Below, piece by piece: positions 1-9,289 of a stretch of DNA of 64,000 bases. The stretch is from Candidatus Multivorans sp. (lineage in GTDB: Bacteria; Acidobacteriota; Thermoanaerobaculia; Multivoradales; Multivoraceae). The stretch is taken from contig OZ251997.1 of the NCBI GenBank assembly GCA_965247095.1, forward strand, positions 2,784,001-2,848,000, written 5' to 3'. The notes under the pieces were generated by a model, which worked only from the letters and a program-made list of their open reading frames with translations, ran no database searches and was not told the DNA's origin. A program made the position numbers and the translations under genes. How positions within the stretch are numbered: position 1 is the stretch's first letter; each line of letters opens with the position of its first letter.

Positions 1-54
1 AGTGCATCCCATCCCGATGATCGCGACCCGATCCTTGATTCCATGACTCGGCAT
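1..54 (-). CDS. Thiolase (SCP-x/acetyl-CoA acetyltransferase type), N-terminus only; runs off the window edge
   Basis: Minus strand reads MPSHGIKDRVAIIGMGCT, a typical thiolase N-terminus, with AAGGAG RBS upstream; directly downstream of the HMGS-like/DUF35 gene. Not in the ORF track. Confidence 0.75.
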   Translation of the reverse strand, partial: MPSHGIKDRVAIIGMGCT

Positions 55-90
55 GACCTTCTCCTTCGCAAGTCCGATCGGCCCTCTTCT

Positions 91-1473
91 TCAGCGCCGC
101 GGTCTGGCCTTCCAGAAGTAGTTGTGAATGCCTTCAGCGGAGTGCAGGCAGCGAAACGTCATCTCGACCCGGTCCCCGATCCGCACGTTGTGCGGGTCGA
201 TGTCGGTGAGTTGGCAGGGTAGCCTGCCGCCTCGATCGAAGTCGAGCATGGCGACGACCACCGGCGGCTGCAGGGAATAGGCGAGATTGTCCTGCGTGTA
301 GGTGGCGATTGAAGCCGCCCTGTCGGCGAAGGACTCGGGCTCGGTCTCGTCGATCGAGTCGCACTCGACGCACACTCTCTGGGGCGGCAGGTTCGCCGTG
401 CCGCAGTTGGCGCAGCGCGATCCGACGAAGCCGAATTTCCAGCGCTTGGCGCGATACGACGGCGGCGCTGCCGGCCGCTTCGGGTCGGGACGGCGAGGCT
501 TCTCGAATGGAAGCACGCCGCGCCACTTGAGGTAGGTGTTGTATTGCAGGTCGTTGCGCTTGGCCTCGATCCATCGTCCCACGCTCCGCTCGGGGCGGTT
601 GGCGGCGATCGCGTCGGTCACCTCGAAGATGATCGCGTCGGCGCCGTCGATGCCGGCGATGACCGCGATCCGGTCGCCGGGCTCGGCCCGGTCGAGAACG
701 TTTGCCAGGGCAAGGCCCACATGCGCGGTGCCGGCCCGCCCGACGGAGGCCGCGAGATCGTCGGCCAGGCGATCGGCGGGAATGCCTGCCTTGGCGACGA
801 AGCTCCGCACCGCGCGCGGGTTCGTGCTGTCCACGATGACCCTGGTCAGGCTTTCCGCGGCAACGCCGGCGCCGGTCAGGGCCTGCTCCAGCGCGCGCAG
901 CATGAGGGGAACGATGATCTGAGTCCCGAACCGCTCCTCCCATTGATTGGCGAAAGGCTCATTCGGCGCCCGCCACACGTCCATGAACTCGTCGGTCGCT
1001 GAGCCGCTGCCCAGAACTTCCGCGCAAGCTTCGACGCTGGGACCGAAGCTGAAGGCCGCGGCCCCGTCGCCGCCGGTCGCTTCACGCGCACCGCCTGGGG
1101 CGCCGACCATCACTTCGCTCAGGCACACGAGCGGCCGTCGTCCGCCGAGGGCCAGGTCATTGCCAAGCGCCAGGGAAGACAGGCCGGCCCGGCTCGAGCC
1201 GCCGAAGTCGTGCCCCCCAACGCCGGGCGGCAAGTCGAGCGCCGCATGGATGGTGGCGGCGTCCAGTTTCTCGGCGTAGGCGGGCGTTGTCGTTGCGAAG
1301 CAGAGAGTGTCGATCCGGGCGCCGCCGCGCAGAGCCTCGCGCGCCGCCTCGACCGCCATCGACACCGAGCTCTCGTCGTAGCTCGCCGCGGCGCGCTCAC
1401 CGCGGCCGCCGAACACGGCGCGGTTGAGGCGGTTGTACGGTACGTAGGCGCCGTAGGTGACGATTCCAGCCAA
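91..1473 (-). CDS. HMG-CoA synthase-like protein fused to DUF35 (Zn-ribbon + OB-fold) domain
   Basis: GIVTYGAYVPYNRL and DESSVSMAVEAA HMGS/KAS-III fold motifs; C-terminal CANC..CVEC zinc ribbon and OB fold ending NYFWKARP. Confidence 0.9.
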   Translation of the reverse strand: MAGIVTYGAYVPYNRLNRAVFGGRGERAAASYDESSVSMAVEAAREALRGGARIDTLCFATTTPAYAEKLDAATIHAALDLPPGVGGHDFGGSSRAGLSSLALGNDLALGGRRPLVCLSEVMVGAPGGAREATGGDGAAAFSFGPSVEACAEVLGSGSATDEFMDVWRAPNEPFANQWEERFGTQIIVPLMLRALEQALTGAGVAAESLTRVIVDSTNPRAVRSFVAKAGIPADRLADDLAASVGRAGTAHVGLALANVLDRAEPGDRIAVIAGIDGADAIIFEVTDAIAANRPERSVGRWIEAKRNDLQYNTYLKWRGVLPFEKPRRPDPKRPAAPPSYRAKRWKFGFVGSRCANCGTANLPPQRVCVECDSIDETEPESFADRAASIATYTQDNLAYSLQPPVVVAMLDFDRGGRLPCQLTDIDPHNVRIGDRVEMTFRCLHSAEGIHNYFWKARPRR

Positions 1474-1496
1474 CTTCGTGCTGCTCCCTGCCGCTG

Positions 1497-4088
1497 CTAG
1501 CGATCCCCGACCCAGAACGGACTCGACCAGGCCCGGCCGCCGTCGAGTTGGGTTACCCGAACATAGTAGTAGTCGCCGTCCGCAACGTCCTCGAAGTCCA
1601 CGAACTGAACCTCCCGGTCGAGGGCGCCGCTTGGATCGACCGCCTGCAGGTGGAGGCGGTCCAGGTGAGGTCCGACCGGCAGCTCATGATGGAGGCGGCC
1701 GGCCTCAAGCTCGCCGAGCCGGACTTCGAAGTCGGCGGCGGCGATCCGGGCGGCGGGCCTGACCGCCGGTGCGAAGCCGAACTCCGTGGTCGCCTCCAGG
1801 CGGAAGCGGAGCCGGGTTTGAGGACCGGCGCCATCGAGTTCGACCAGGAACGAGTCGGCGCGGCCGCGAGTCAGGATGCGGAACCTGGCGCCGTCCCGCG
1901 ACCTCTGGTCGAGCCGCGAGACTTGATCGCGAAGCGGGTTGTCGAGGCCGGTCGGTGCGATGCCGATAACGCGCGCTCCCTCGACTTCGAGGGTACCTTC
2001 CCACTGTCGGTAGCCGCGGGGGTTGTCGAGCTGCTCGCCGAAGACCTCGGAAGAGGATTCGAAGGACACCTGCAGCCAAGTGTGCGGCTTGAGCGGTTCG
2101 GCAAGGTAGTGCTTGCTGAGGATGATGTCGCCGTTGCGCACCACGTCGATTCGATCGATCGGCGAAGTGCCGTTGACCTTCACCCGGATCTCGCGCCGCC
2201 CGGCGCTCTCCTGCCGGCGCCCCATGCCGGCGCCGTTCAGAGTCGCCTCGAGCAGAATGCGTTGCCCGGAAGTGGCGTAGCACGAGAGGTTACGCAGCGC
2301 CGAGAACACGGCGTCTCTGCTGAGTTCGGGGGCCAGCACGGCGGCCAGACCCCCGGGCTGGGAGACGCTCGAGAGGGGTCCCGGCGCCAGTCCCGGCTTG
2401 GCATGGTGGTCGTCCGAGGCGGCCACGAAGCCGAGTTCGAAGCCGTTCTTGAGGTAGCGGTTGGCAAACCACTCGAAGCTGCCGTGAACCGAGTAGAGCT
2501 CGACCAGCTTCTCCAACTCGGGATCGCTGCGGGTCCAGTCGCCGGCGCGATGGGCGTGCGGAATGACCAGGACCTCGTCGGGATCGTAGATCGCATGCAG
2601 TTGGCGATAGAGATCGGGCAGCCGGGTCGCTTCCTGAACGGAGACTCGACGGCTCCAGGGATCGCGAAAAAAGACGTTGTGGTGCCCGCCACGGTTGCTG
2701 AACGCCGTCCATTCGTAGCCCAGGATGCCGATGAAGCGACCCTCTTCGCTGAAGTCGCGGGTCAGCTCCCCGAGGTGAAGCCACTCGCTGTCGTCCATCC
2801 AGATGTCGTGCTCCGAGAGCGTCGCGAAGTCGAGGCGGGCGTCCCGGCTGGCGTACTCGAAGAACGCCCGCGCCGAGCCGGTTCCCTCCGCCAGTCCGGT
2901 GTGGCCGTGGGTGTCGCCCCAGAGAATGCGCTCCGCCGGTTCATGCTCGACGCGAATCGGGTTGCTGGTGGCGCGCAACCGGCCATCGACCGAGCGCACC
3001 TCGAGGCGGTGGACTCCGGGCGCTTCGATCACCAATTGGTCGACCACCGTCAGGGCATCGTGGCCGGCCTCGACCCTCGCCATGGCGTCCCCGTTCAGGA
3101 ACACCTCGTAGGCGGGAATCGCGCCGCTGGCCCGATTGATGGCCCGGTCTTCGCTTCGCACTGTGATCTCGAAGGCTTCGCCGACACCGACGACGGAGGG
3201 CGCCAGGATCCGAACGCCGTGGACTTCGGCCTCGCCGACGACCTCGATTCCCGGCAACTCGGGAGTCAGGTACGTCCCGCTGCCGTCGATGTCCACGTAG
3301 ACCGGTAGCAGCAGCTCGTCACTGCTGAATGCCGGCACCGCGAGACGGCTCGATTCGCCGCCGTAGGTGAACGTGACCGTTTCCCCCGGTTTGAGCGCGG
3401 CCCCCTCAAGCCGGAAGCCGGGCAGCGGACGTTTGCCTGGGACGTGCGAGTGGACACCGTTCCATTCCACCTGGACGGGCTCGAACAGAGCCGAGGGGTT
3501 GGAACTGCGCACCGAGACGAAGTTCTCGGCGGCCGGATCCTGGTTCTGGGGTCGGGTTTCGTTACCGGTCCCCGACTTGCCGACCAGGAATCCTCCGCCG
3601 AGCGCGAGGCCGCGGGCGCCGGCGGTGTACGTCTGCTCGACGATGACCCGGGTGCCGGAGACCAGGGGGCCGGCCGTGGTCATGCGCAACGCGCCCATTG
3701 CCTGCGGATCCGACTCCTTCAACTCGAGTTCCCGCACGTACTGATCGAACCGCTCCACTTGTGTCTGAAGGTACAGATCGATAGCTGGCGGCAGGCGAAC
3801 TTCACCGCCGTCCGCTTCGGCGAAGCGAACCAGGGCCACCGTGAGGGGTAGATCCGCCGGCAAGACGCCTCCGTCGAGGGCGAAGCTGTTGGCCCAGTCC
3901 CACAGCGTGTCGGTGCGGCGGAAGATGTTGTCCGCCGACGTGGGCTCGCGCTCGATGTCCGCGATCAGCTTCTCGACCCGGTCGCGAAGGTCTTCGGCAG
4001 TCTGGACGGACTCGGGCGCGGGAGAGCAGCCAATCCACAGCAGTGCCAGCGCGACCAGCGCGGCCGCGCTTTGACGCCGGGACGGCAT
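1497..4088 (-). CDS. Exported DUF3604/PHP-fold metallohydrolase lipoprotein (paralog A1)
   Basis: Signal peptide with WIGC lipobox-like site; WGDTHGHT, LSEHD, GYEW, GHHNV, IPHAH, SDDH motifs; C-terminal YYYVRVTQLDGGRAWSSPFWV. Confidence 0.8.
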   Translation of the reverse strand: MPSRRQSAAALVALALLWIGCSPAPESVQTAEDLRDRVEKLIADIEREPTSADNIFRRTDTLWDWANSFALDGGVLPADLPLTVALVRFAEADGGEVRLPPAIDLYLQTQVERFDQYVRELELKESDPQAMGALRMTTAGPLVSGTRVIVEQTYTAGARGLALGGGFLVGKSGTGNETRPQNQDPAAENFVSVRSSNPSALFEPVQVEWNGVHSHVPGKRPLPGFRLEGAALKPGETVTFTYGGESSRLAVPAFSSDELLLPVYVDIDGSGTYLTPELPGIEVVGEAEVHGVRILAPSVVGVGEAFEITVRSEDRAINRASGAIPAYEVFLNGDAMARVEAGHDALTVVDQLVIEAPGVHRLEVRSVDGRLRATSNPIRVEHEPAERILWGDTHGHTGLAEGTGSARAFFEYASRDARLDFATLSEHDIWMDDSEWLHLGELTRDFSEEGRFIGILGYEWTAFSNRGGHHNVFFRDPWSRRVSVQEATRLPDLYRQLHAIYDPDEVLVIPHAHRAGDWTRSDPELEKLVELYSVHGSFEWFANRYLKNGFELGFVAASDDHHAKPGLAPGPLSSVSQPGGLAAVLAPELSRDAVFSALRNLSCYATSGQRILLEATLNGAGMGRRQESAGRREIRVKVNGTSPIDRIDVVRNGDIILSKHYLAEPLKPHTWLQVSFESSSEVFGEQLDNPRGYRQWEGTLEVEGARVIGIAPTGLDNPLRDQVSRLDQRSRDGARFRILTRGRADSFLVELDGAGPQTRLRFRLEATTEFGFAPAVRPAARIAAADFEVRLGELEAGRLHHELPVGPHLDRLHLQAVDPSGALDREVQFVDFEDVADGDYYYVRVTQLDGGRAWSSPFWVGDR

Positions 4089-4936
4089 CAGCTATTGATC
4101 ACCTGGTCGATCACGTGCCGGATGGCGGCCGGATCCCAAGGGTCGTCGCTCGTGTACTGCTTGACGCCTACGGTGCTCATCATGCGATAGGCGAAGATGT
4201 GTGTCCCCTCGACTCCCAGCGTCTGACCGGTGATGTGAGCGGCGTCGTCCGATGCCAGGAAGACGACCAGGGGTGAAGCGTGTTGGGGACCGTAGCGAGC
4301 GCCGAAGCTCTCGGTGACGCCCGGATTGTCCGCGGTCATGCGGGTGTAGGCGGTGGGCGAGATCGCGTTGACAGTGATTTCGTAGCGCTGCAGCTCCATG
4401 GCGGCGGTGCGCGTCAGGGCGTAGATGCCGGCCTTGGCGGCGGCGTAGTTGCTCTGCCCGAAGTTCCCCTGCATTCCGGCAACGGATGTCGTATTGATGA
4501 TCCGGCCGCCTCGGCCCTGCTCGCGCATCACGCGCCCGGCCGCCTGCAGGCAACTGAAGGTGCCGCTGAGGTGCACCGCCAGGACCGCCTGCCACTCCGC
4601 TTCGCTCATCTTGAGAGCCGTTCGATCGCGCAGGATGCCGGCGTTGTTGACCAGGACGTCGACGCCGCCGAAGGCATCGACCGCCTGCTGGACGAGTTGG
4701 CCGGCGGCATCGAAGGCGCCGACCGCGAGCTTGCTGGCGACGGCATCCCCGCCATCGGCGCGGATCCGGGCGACGACCTCGTCGGCAACGTCACTCTCGC
4801 CCGAACCGTCGCGCGCGCAGCCCGGGTCGTTGACCAGGACGCGCGCTCCTTCCCTGGCGAGGAGAACGGCGTGGGATCTGCCCAGGCCGTTGCCCGCGCC
4901 TGTGACGATGGCTGTTTTTCCGGCCAGCAGTCCCAT
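4088..4936 (-). CDS. SDR oxidoreductase (3-hydroxyacyl-CoA dehydrogenase/MFE-2-like)
   Basis: TGAGNGLG, NNAGILRD, GNFGQSNYAAAK (YxxxK). Confidence 0.93.
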   Translation of the reverse strand: MGLLAGKTAIVTGAGNGLGRSHAVLLAREGARVLVNDPGCARDGSGESDVADEVVARIRADGGDAVASKLAVGAFDAAGQLVQQAVDAFGGVDVLVNNAGILRDRTALKMSEAEWQAVLAVHLSGTFSCLQAAGRVMREQGRGGRIINTTSVAGMQGNFGQSNYAAAKAGIYALTRTAAMELQRYEITVNAISPTAYTRMTADNPGVTESFGARYGPQHASPLVVFLASDDAAHITGQTLGVEGTHIFAYRMMSTVGVKQYTSDDPWDPAAIRHVIDQVINS

Positions 4937-5067
4937 GGGCCTCCTCTCTTGAGTCTCGATCTCTGGCGGTGCACTCTAGCGCCTCCGTAACTCGTCTCGG
5001 CGCCGCCGTGCTAACTTGACCTCGACCGTCCAGCCGCCGTCCCAGCCTGAAGGAGCGTGGTACGCGA

Positions 5068-7674
5068 ATGCGGAGTGTTCCTCTCAAAAGAGTTCTCCTG
5101 GCTGTGTGCGCCGTCGTTGTCGCCTGCGCGCCGCCGCCGGGTGACGACTATCTGGACGCGGATCTGAGATTGCGGGTGGAGGCGCTCAAGGTGGAGGTCG
5201 AAGCGGCGCCGGCGACCCGGGAGAACGCGGTGCAGCGCGCCCGAGTGTTCTGGGAGTGGTTGAACGCCTACGCGCTCACCGGTCGAACCCTGCCCATGGA
5301 CAGCACCACAACGGTGATGCGGGTCATGAGCCGGAACGAGCTCGGCCGGGGCATCTCGCCAGCAATCCTCAGGACTCTCGACGACAAGATCCACGAACTG
5401 GCGATTCGCGACGCGCGCCCGGACGCCATCGGCGACGTTACGGCCAAGGCCGACGAGCTATTGGTCGCCGGCAGTTGGGCGCAACTCGAACAGACCTATA
5501 CCGTCGGCTCGATGGGGATGGCCACCGGAGGCTCGTTCCTTCTCGGCGCCCAGATCATGGCCGACCAGGCGTCGATGCAGCACGAGGATCCTGCGGCGGA
5601 CAACTACGTTTCGGTCCGTTCGTCGAACGCCGATGCACGTTGGGAGAAGCCCCGCATTCCTCTGTCGGGGAAGCACGGCGGCTTCAAGGACGAAGCGGAG
5701 ATGGTGGTCTTCCGGCTCGCGGAAGCCACGCTCGAGCACGGCGACACGGTGACCTTCACCTACGGTGACAGGTCGCAGGGCTCCTCGGGCCTGAGGTTGC
5801 AGACGCTGACGACCGAGAAGCTGGTGCTGCCGATCTACGTCGACCTTGTGGGCGCCGGGGTCTTCTTTACGCCTCGCTGGCCGCATCACGAGATCGTCGG
5901 CCGGAACGAGGTCGAGTCGTTGGCGGTCTTCGCTCCCTCCGTGGTCGCGGCGAGCGAGGAGATCGACTTGGTGGTGCGCAGCGAGGACCGGCACTTCAAC
6001 CGCTCGCGCGGTGTCACCGTTCAGGAATACGAAGTGTTTCTAGACGGTGAGGCCGTCGCCACGGTACCCGCGGGTTCGGAGTCGGTGGCCGGCGTCGAAG
6101 GCTTGTCCGTGAGCAGCCCGAGGGTCGCCCGCTTCGTCGTCCGTTCGGCGGACGGCCGGCTCGAAGCCCGGAGCAATCCGGTCTGGGTCGAGAGCGCCCC
6201 CGAACAGCGAATCTATTGGGGCGAGTTGCACGGCCACGCCGGCTTCGCGGAAGGTCAGGGCGGCGGCGAGCAGTTCTATCGCTACGCCCGCGACGACGCG
6301 CGGCTCGACTTCGTTGCCCTCACCGATCACGACTCGTCGATGGACGACTTCGAGTGGCGTTACGTGCAGGAGCTCAGCCGGGACTTCAACCGGGAAGGAG
6401 AGTTCCTCGCCATTCTCGGCTACGAGTGGAGCGCCACCCGGGATCTCGGAGGGCACCACAACGTCTTCTTCCGCTCCCGCGATCGTTCGCGGGTGCCGAA
6501 TCAGGAGGCGCCGACCCTGGCCGAGATGTACGAACGCCTGCGGAGCGAGAACCAGCCGTCCGAGGTGCTGGTCATTCCGCATGCCCACCAGGCTGGCGAC
6601 TGGAATCAGAGTCCCGCGGATCTCCAGCCGCTGGTGGAGATCATGTCTCAGCACGGGACCTTCGAGTGGTTCGGCAACCGGTACCTGCAGAACGGTTTCG
6701 AGGTCGGCTTCATCTCGGCCTCGGACGATCATCGCGCCAAGCCGGGCTACAACCCCGGGCTCTTCTTCTCTCCCCACGTTCAGGGCCCCGGCCTGGCGGC
6801 GGCCGTGGCGCCGTCAAAGACCACTGACGCGGTCTTCGACGCTCTACGCTCACGCCGCGCATACGCCACTTCGGGCCAGAGAATCCTGCTCTCGGCCACC
6901 CTGAACGGCGAGCCCATGGGAACCCGGCAGCCGTACACAGAGCGGCGCGAGTTCTCTTGCCGGGTATCGGGTACTTCTCCCATCGACCGCATCGACCTGA
7001 TCAAGAACGGGCGCGTCCTGCGCAGCCGCAGCTACCTGTCGGCGCCGCTCGAATCGAGTGCCTGGGTGCAGATCGGGTTCGAGTCGTCTTCGGAGGTCTT
7101 CGCTCCCGACCGCGACAATCCACGCGTCTACAGAGTCTGGTCGGGCGTACTCGAGGTGGCGGGCGCCCGGCTTCTCGGCGTTGAGTCTCCGGGTCTGAAG
7201 AACCCCTATCTCGAGTGGGCCGAGATCGACCCGGAGCAGCCGCAGCGGGTGCGCTTCTACACCGAGACCCGCGGCCGGATGAACACGCTCTTGCTTCGTC
7301 TGAGCGGCGCCAGCAGCTCAACGCGGGTCACGCTGCATCTGGATGCGGCGCGGGAGAACGGCTTTGCGCCGCCACTGGTTCGGGCGCCGGTGGACATTCC
7401 CGCCGCCGAAGTGGCGTTCCAACTCGACGATCTCGAGAACAGCCGCATCGAGCACGTGCTGCCGGTCGGCCGCCATCTCGATCGTCTCAGCCTGCAGGTG
7501 ATCGACGCGGATGCCGCCCTCGACCGGGAGTTCGACTTCGTCGATCTCGGGTCGACTGCACCGGGCGACTACTACTACTTCCGAGTGACACAGCTCGACG
7601 GTGGTCAGGCATGGTCGAGCCCCTTCTGGGTCGGCCGCCGCGATGCCGGCGACGGCGTGACAGCGGGCGGTTAG
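5068..7674 (+). CDS. Exported DUF3604/PHP-fold metallohydrolase lipoprotein (paralog A2)
   Basis: VVAC lipobox; WGELHGHAG, LTDHD, GYEW, GHHNV, IPHAH, SDDH; ends AWSSPFWV; colinear with A1. Confidence 0.8.
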   Translation: MRSVPLKRVLLAVCAVVVACAPPPGDDYLDADLRLRVEALKVEVEAAPATRENAVQRARVFWEWLNAYALTGRTLPMDSTTTVMRVMSRNELGRGISPAILRTLDDKIHELAIRDARPDAIGDVTAKADELLVAGSWAQLEQTYTVGSMGMATGGSFLLGAQIMADQASMQHEDPAADNYVSVRSSNADARWEKPRIPLSGKHGGFKDEAEMVVFRLAEATLEHGDTVTFTYGDRSQGSSGLRLQTLTTEKLVLPIYVDLVGAGVFFTPRWPHHEIVGRNEVESLAVFAPSVVAASEEIDLVVRSEDRHFNRSRGVTVQEYEVFLDGEAVATVPAGSESVAGVEGLSVSSPRVARFVVRSADGRLEARSNPVWVESAPEQRIYWGELHGHAGFAEGQGGGEQFYRYARDDARLDFVALTDHDSSMDDFEWRYVQELSRDFNREGEFLAILGYEWSATRDLGGHHNVFFRSRDRSRVPNQEAPTLAEMYERLRSENQPSEVLVIPHAHQAGDWNQSPADLQPLVEIMSQHGTFEWFGNRYLQNGFEVGFISASDDHRAKPGYNPGLFFSPHVQGPGLAAAVAPSKTTDAVFDALRSRRAYATSGQRILLSATLNGEPMGTRQPYTERREFSCRVSGTSPIDRIDLIKNGRVLRSRSYLSAPLESSAWVQIGFESSSEVFAPDRDNPRVYRVWSGVLEVAGARLLGVESPGLKNPYLEWAEIDPEQPQRVRFYTETRGRMNTLLLRLSGASSSTRVTLHLDAARENGFAPPLVRAPVDIPAAEVAFQLDDLENSRIEHVLPVGRHLDRLSLQVIDADAALDREFDFVDLGSTAPGDYYYFRVTQLDGGQAWSSPFWVGRRDAGDGVTAGG

Positions 7675-7708
7675 GCGAGGATCGCGAGGCGTTGCGGGCG
7701 GAGAACGG

Positions 7709-9289
7709 ATGTCGCTGAAGGAGTCCTACTGGCCGGCCGATACCAGCCAGCCGGTTCTCGACTGGACCGTCGGAAGACTCTTGGTCGAGGCTGCAGCGGC
7801 GGCCCCCGAAGGAATCGCCCTGGTGGAGGGCGTCCCCGACCGCGAGTCGCGCCGCCGCTGGACGTTCGCGCAACTGCACGCCTGTGCCGAGCGCGTCGCG
7901 CGCCGGCTTCTGCGGTACTTCGAGCCGGGGGAGCGGCTTGCGGTCTGGGCGCCAAACCTGCCGGAGTGGGTGCTGGTCGAACTCGGCGCCGCCCTTGCCG
8001 GGCTCACCCTCGTGACCGTCAACCCCGCCTACCGCGGCAGCGAACTCGAGTACGTCCTCGGCCAGTCGCGCGCCGCCGGTCTGTTCCTGGTGCGCGACCA
8101 TCGCGGCAACTCGATGGCCGCTTCGCTGGACGAGGTGCGCCCGCGGTTGGAACGCCTCAGGCACGTCTTCTTCTTCGAGGAGTGGGACGATTTCATGGGC
8201 GGCGCACCGGGCGACCGCGAGCTACCTCAGGTGAGCCCCGAGGCGCCGGTCCAGATTCAGTACACCTCGGGCACCACCGGCGTTCCCAAGGGCGCGTTGC
8301 TGCACCACCGCGGCATGGTCAACAACGCCCGATTCGTCGCGCAGCGCGGCCGGCTGGGCAAGGTGTGGGTGAACGCGGTACCGCTGTTCCACTCGAGCGG
8401 CGGCGGCCTGGCGATCTTCGGCCCGCTGTTTACGAAGGCGACGGTGGTTCTGGTCGAGCAGTTCGATCCGGGCCTGATCCTGGAGTTGATCGAGAGCGAG
8501 CGGGTGACCTTCCTTCCCGGCGTGCCGACGATGCTGATCAGGATCATCGAGCATCCCGACTTCGAGCGCCGCGACCTCTCGTCGCTGACCAGCGTGTGCT
8601 CGGGCGGCACCTCCGTGCCACCCGAGTTGGTGCGCCGCATCGAGGACTCGCTGGGGGTCAGCTTTTCGATCTCCTACGGTCAGACCGAAGCTTCGCCGGG
8701 AGTGACGCAGAACCATCCGGACGACAGCGTCGAAGACAAGGCGGCGACGGCCGGGCCGCCGCTGCCTCAGACCGAGGTCAAGATCGTCGATTGCGACAGC
8801 GGCAACGTCCTTCCTGTCGGCGAGGCGGGCGAGATCTGCACCCGCGGCTACCTGGTCATGCACGGCTACTTCGAGATGCCGGAGGCGACGGCGGCCGCGA
8901 TCGACGACCAGGGGTGGTTGCACACCGGCGACATCGGATCGATGGACGAGCGCGGCTACTGCAGAATTCGCGGGCGGCTGAAGGAGATGATCATCCGCGG
9001 CGGCGAGAACATCTACCCCAAGGAGATCGAGGATGTGCTCCTCGAACGCCCCGACATCGCCGAGGCGGCGGTGATCGGCGTTCCCGATCCGAAGTGGGGC
9101 GAGCAGGTGGCGGCGGTAATTCGACTGGCCGGGGACGAGCGCCCCAGTGAGGAAGATCTCTTCGACTACGTGAGGGAACGCCTGGCGCCCTACAAGACGC
9201 CGAAGTTGTGGCGCTTCATCGACGAGTTTCCGCTCAACGCCTCGGGCAAGATCCTCAAGACGGATCTGGCCGCGACCCTGTCCTTGTAG
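7709..9289 (+). CDS. Acyl-CoA synthetase (AMP-binding)
   Basis: YTSGTTGVPKG, YGQTE, WLHTGD, IIRGGENIYPKEIE, SGKILK. Confidence 0.95.
   Translation: MSLKESYWPADTSQPVLDWTVGRLLVEAAAAAPEGIALVEGVPDRESRRRWTFAQLHACAERVARRLLRYFEPGERLAVWAPNLPEWVLVELGAALAGLTLVTVNPAYRGSELEYVLGQSRAAGLFLVRDHRGNSMAASLDEVRPRLERLRHVFFFEEWDDFMGGAPGDRELPQVSPEAPVQIQYTSGTTGVPKGALLHHRGMVNNARFVAQRGRLGKVWVNAVPLFHSSGGGLAIFGPLFTKATVVLVEQFDPGLILELIESERVTFLPGVPTMLIRIIEHPDFERRDLSSLTSVCSGGTSVPPELVRRIEDSLGVSFSISYGQTEASPGVTQNHPDDSVEDKAATAGPPLPQTEVKIVDCDSGNVLPVGEAGEICTRGYLVMHGYFEMPEATAAAIDDQGWLHTGDIGSMDERGYCRIRGRLKEMIIRGGENIYPKEIEDVLLERPDIAEAAVIGVPDPKWGEQVAAVIRLAGDERPSEEDLFDYVRERLAPYKTPKLWRFIDEFPLNASGKILKTDLAATLSL

Noticed and set aside
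91-1473. Mevalonate pathway or polyketide beta-branching cassette
   Set aside because: Catalytic Cys appears absent, and there are no HMG-CoA reductase, ACP or KS genes in the window; the context is catabolic.
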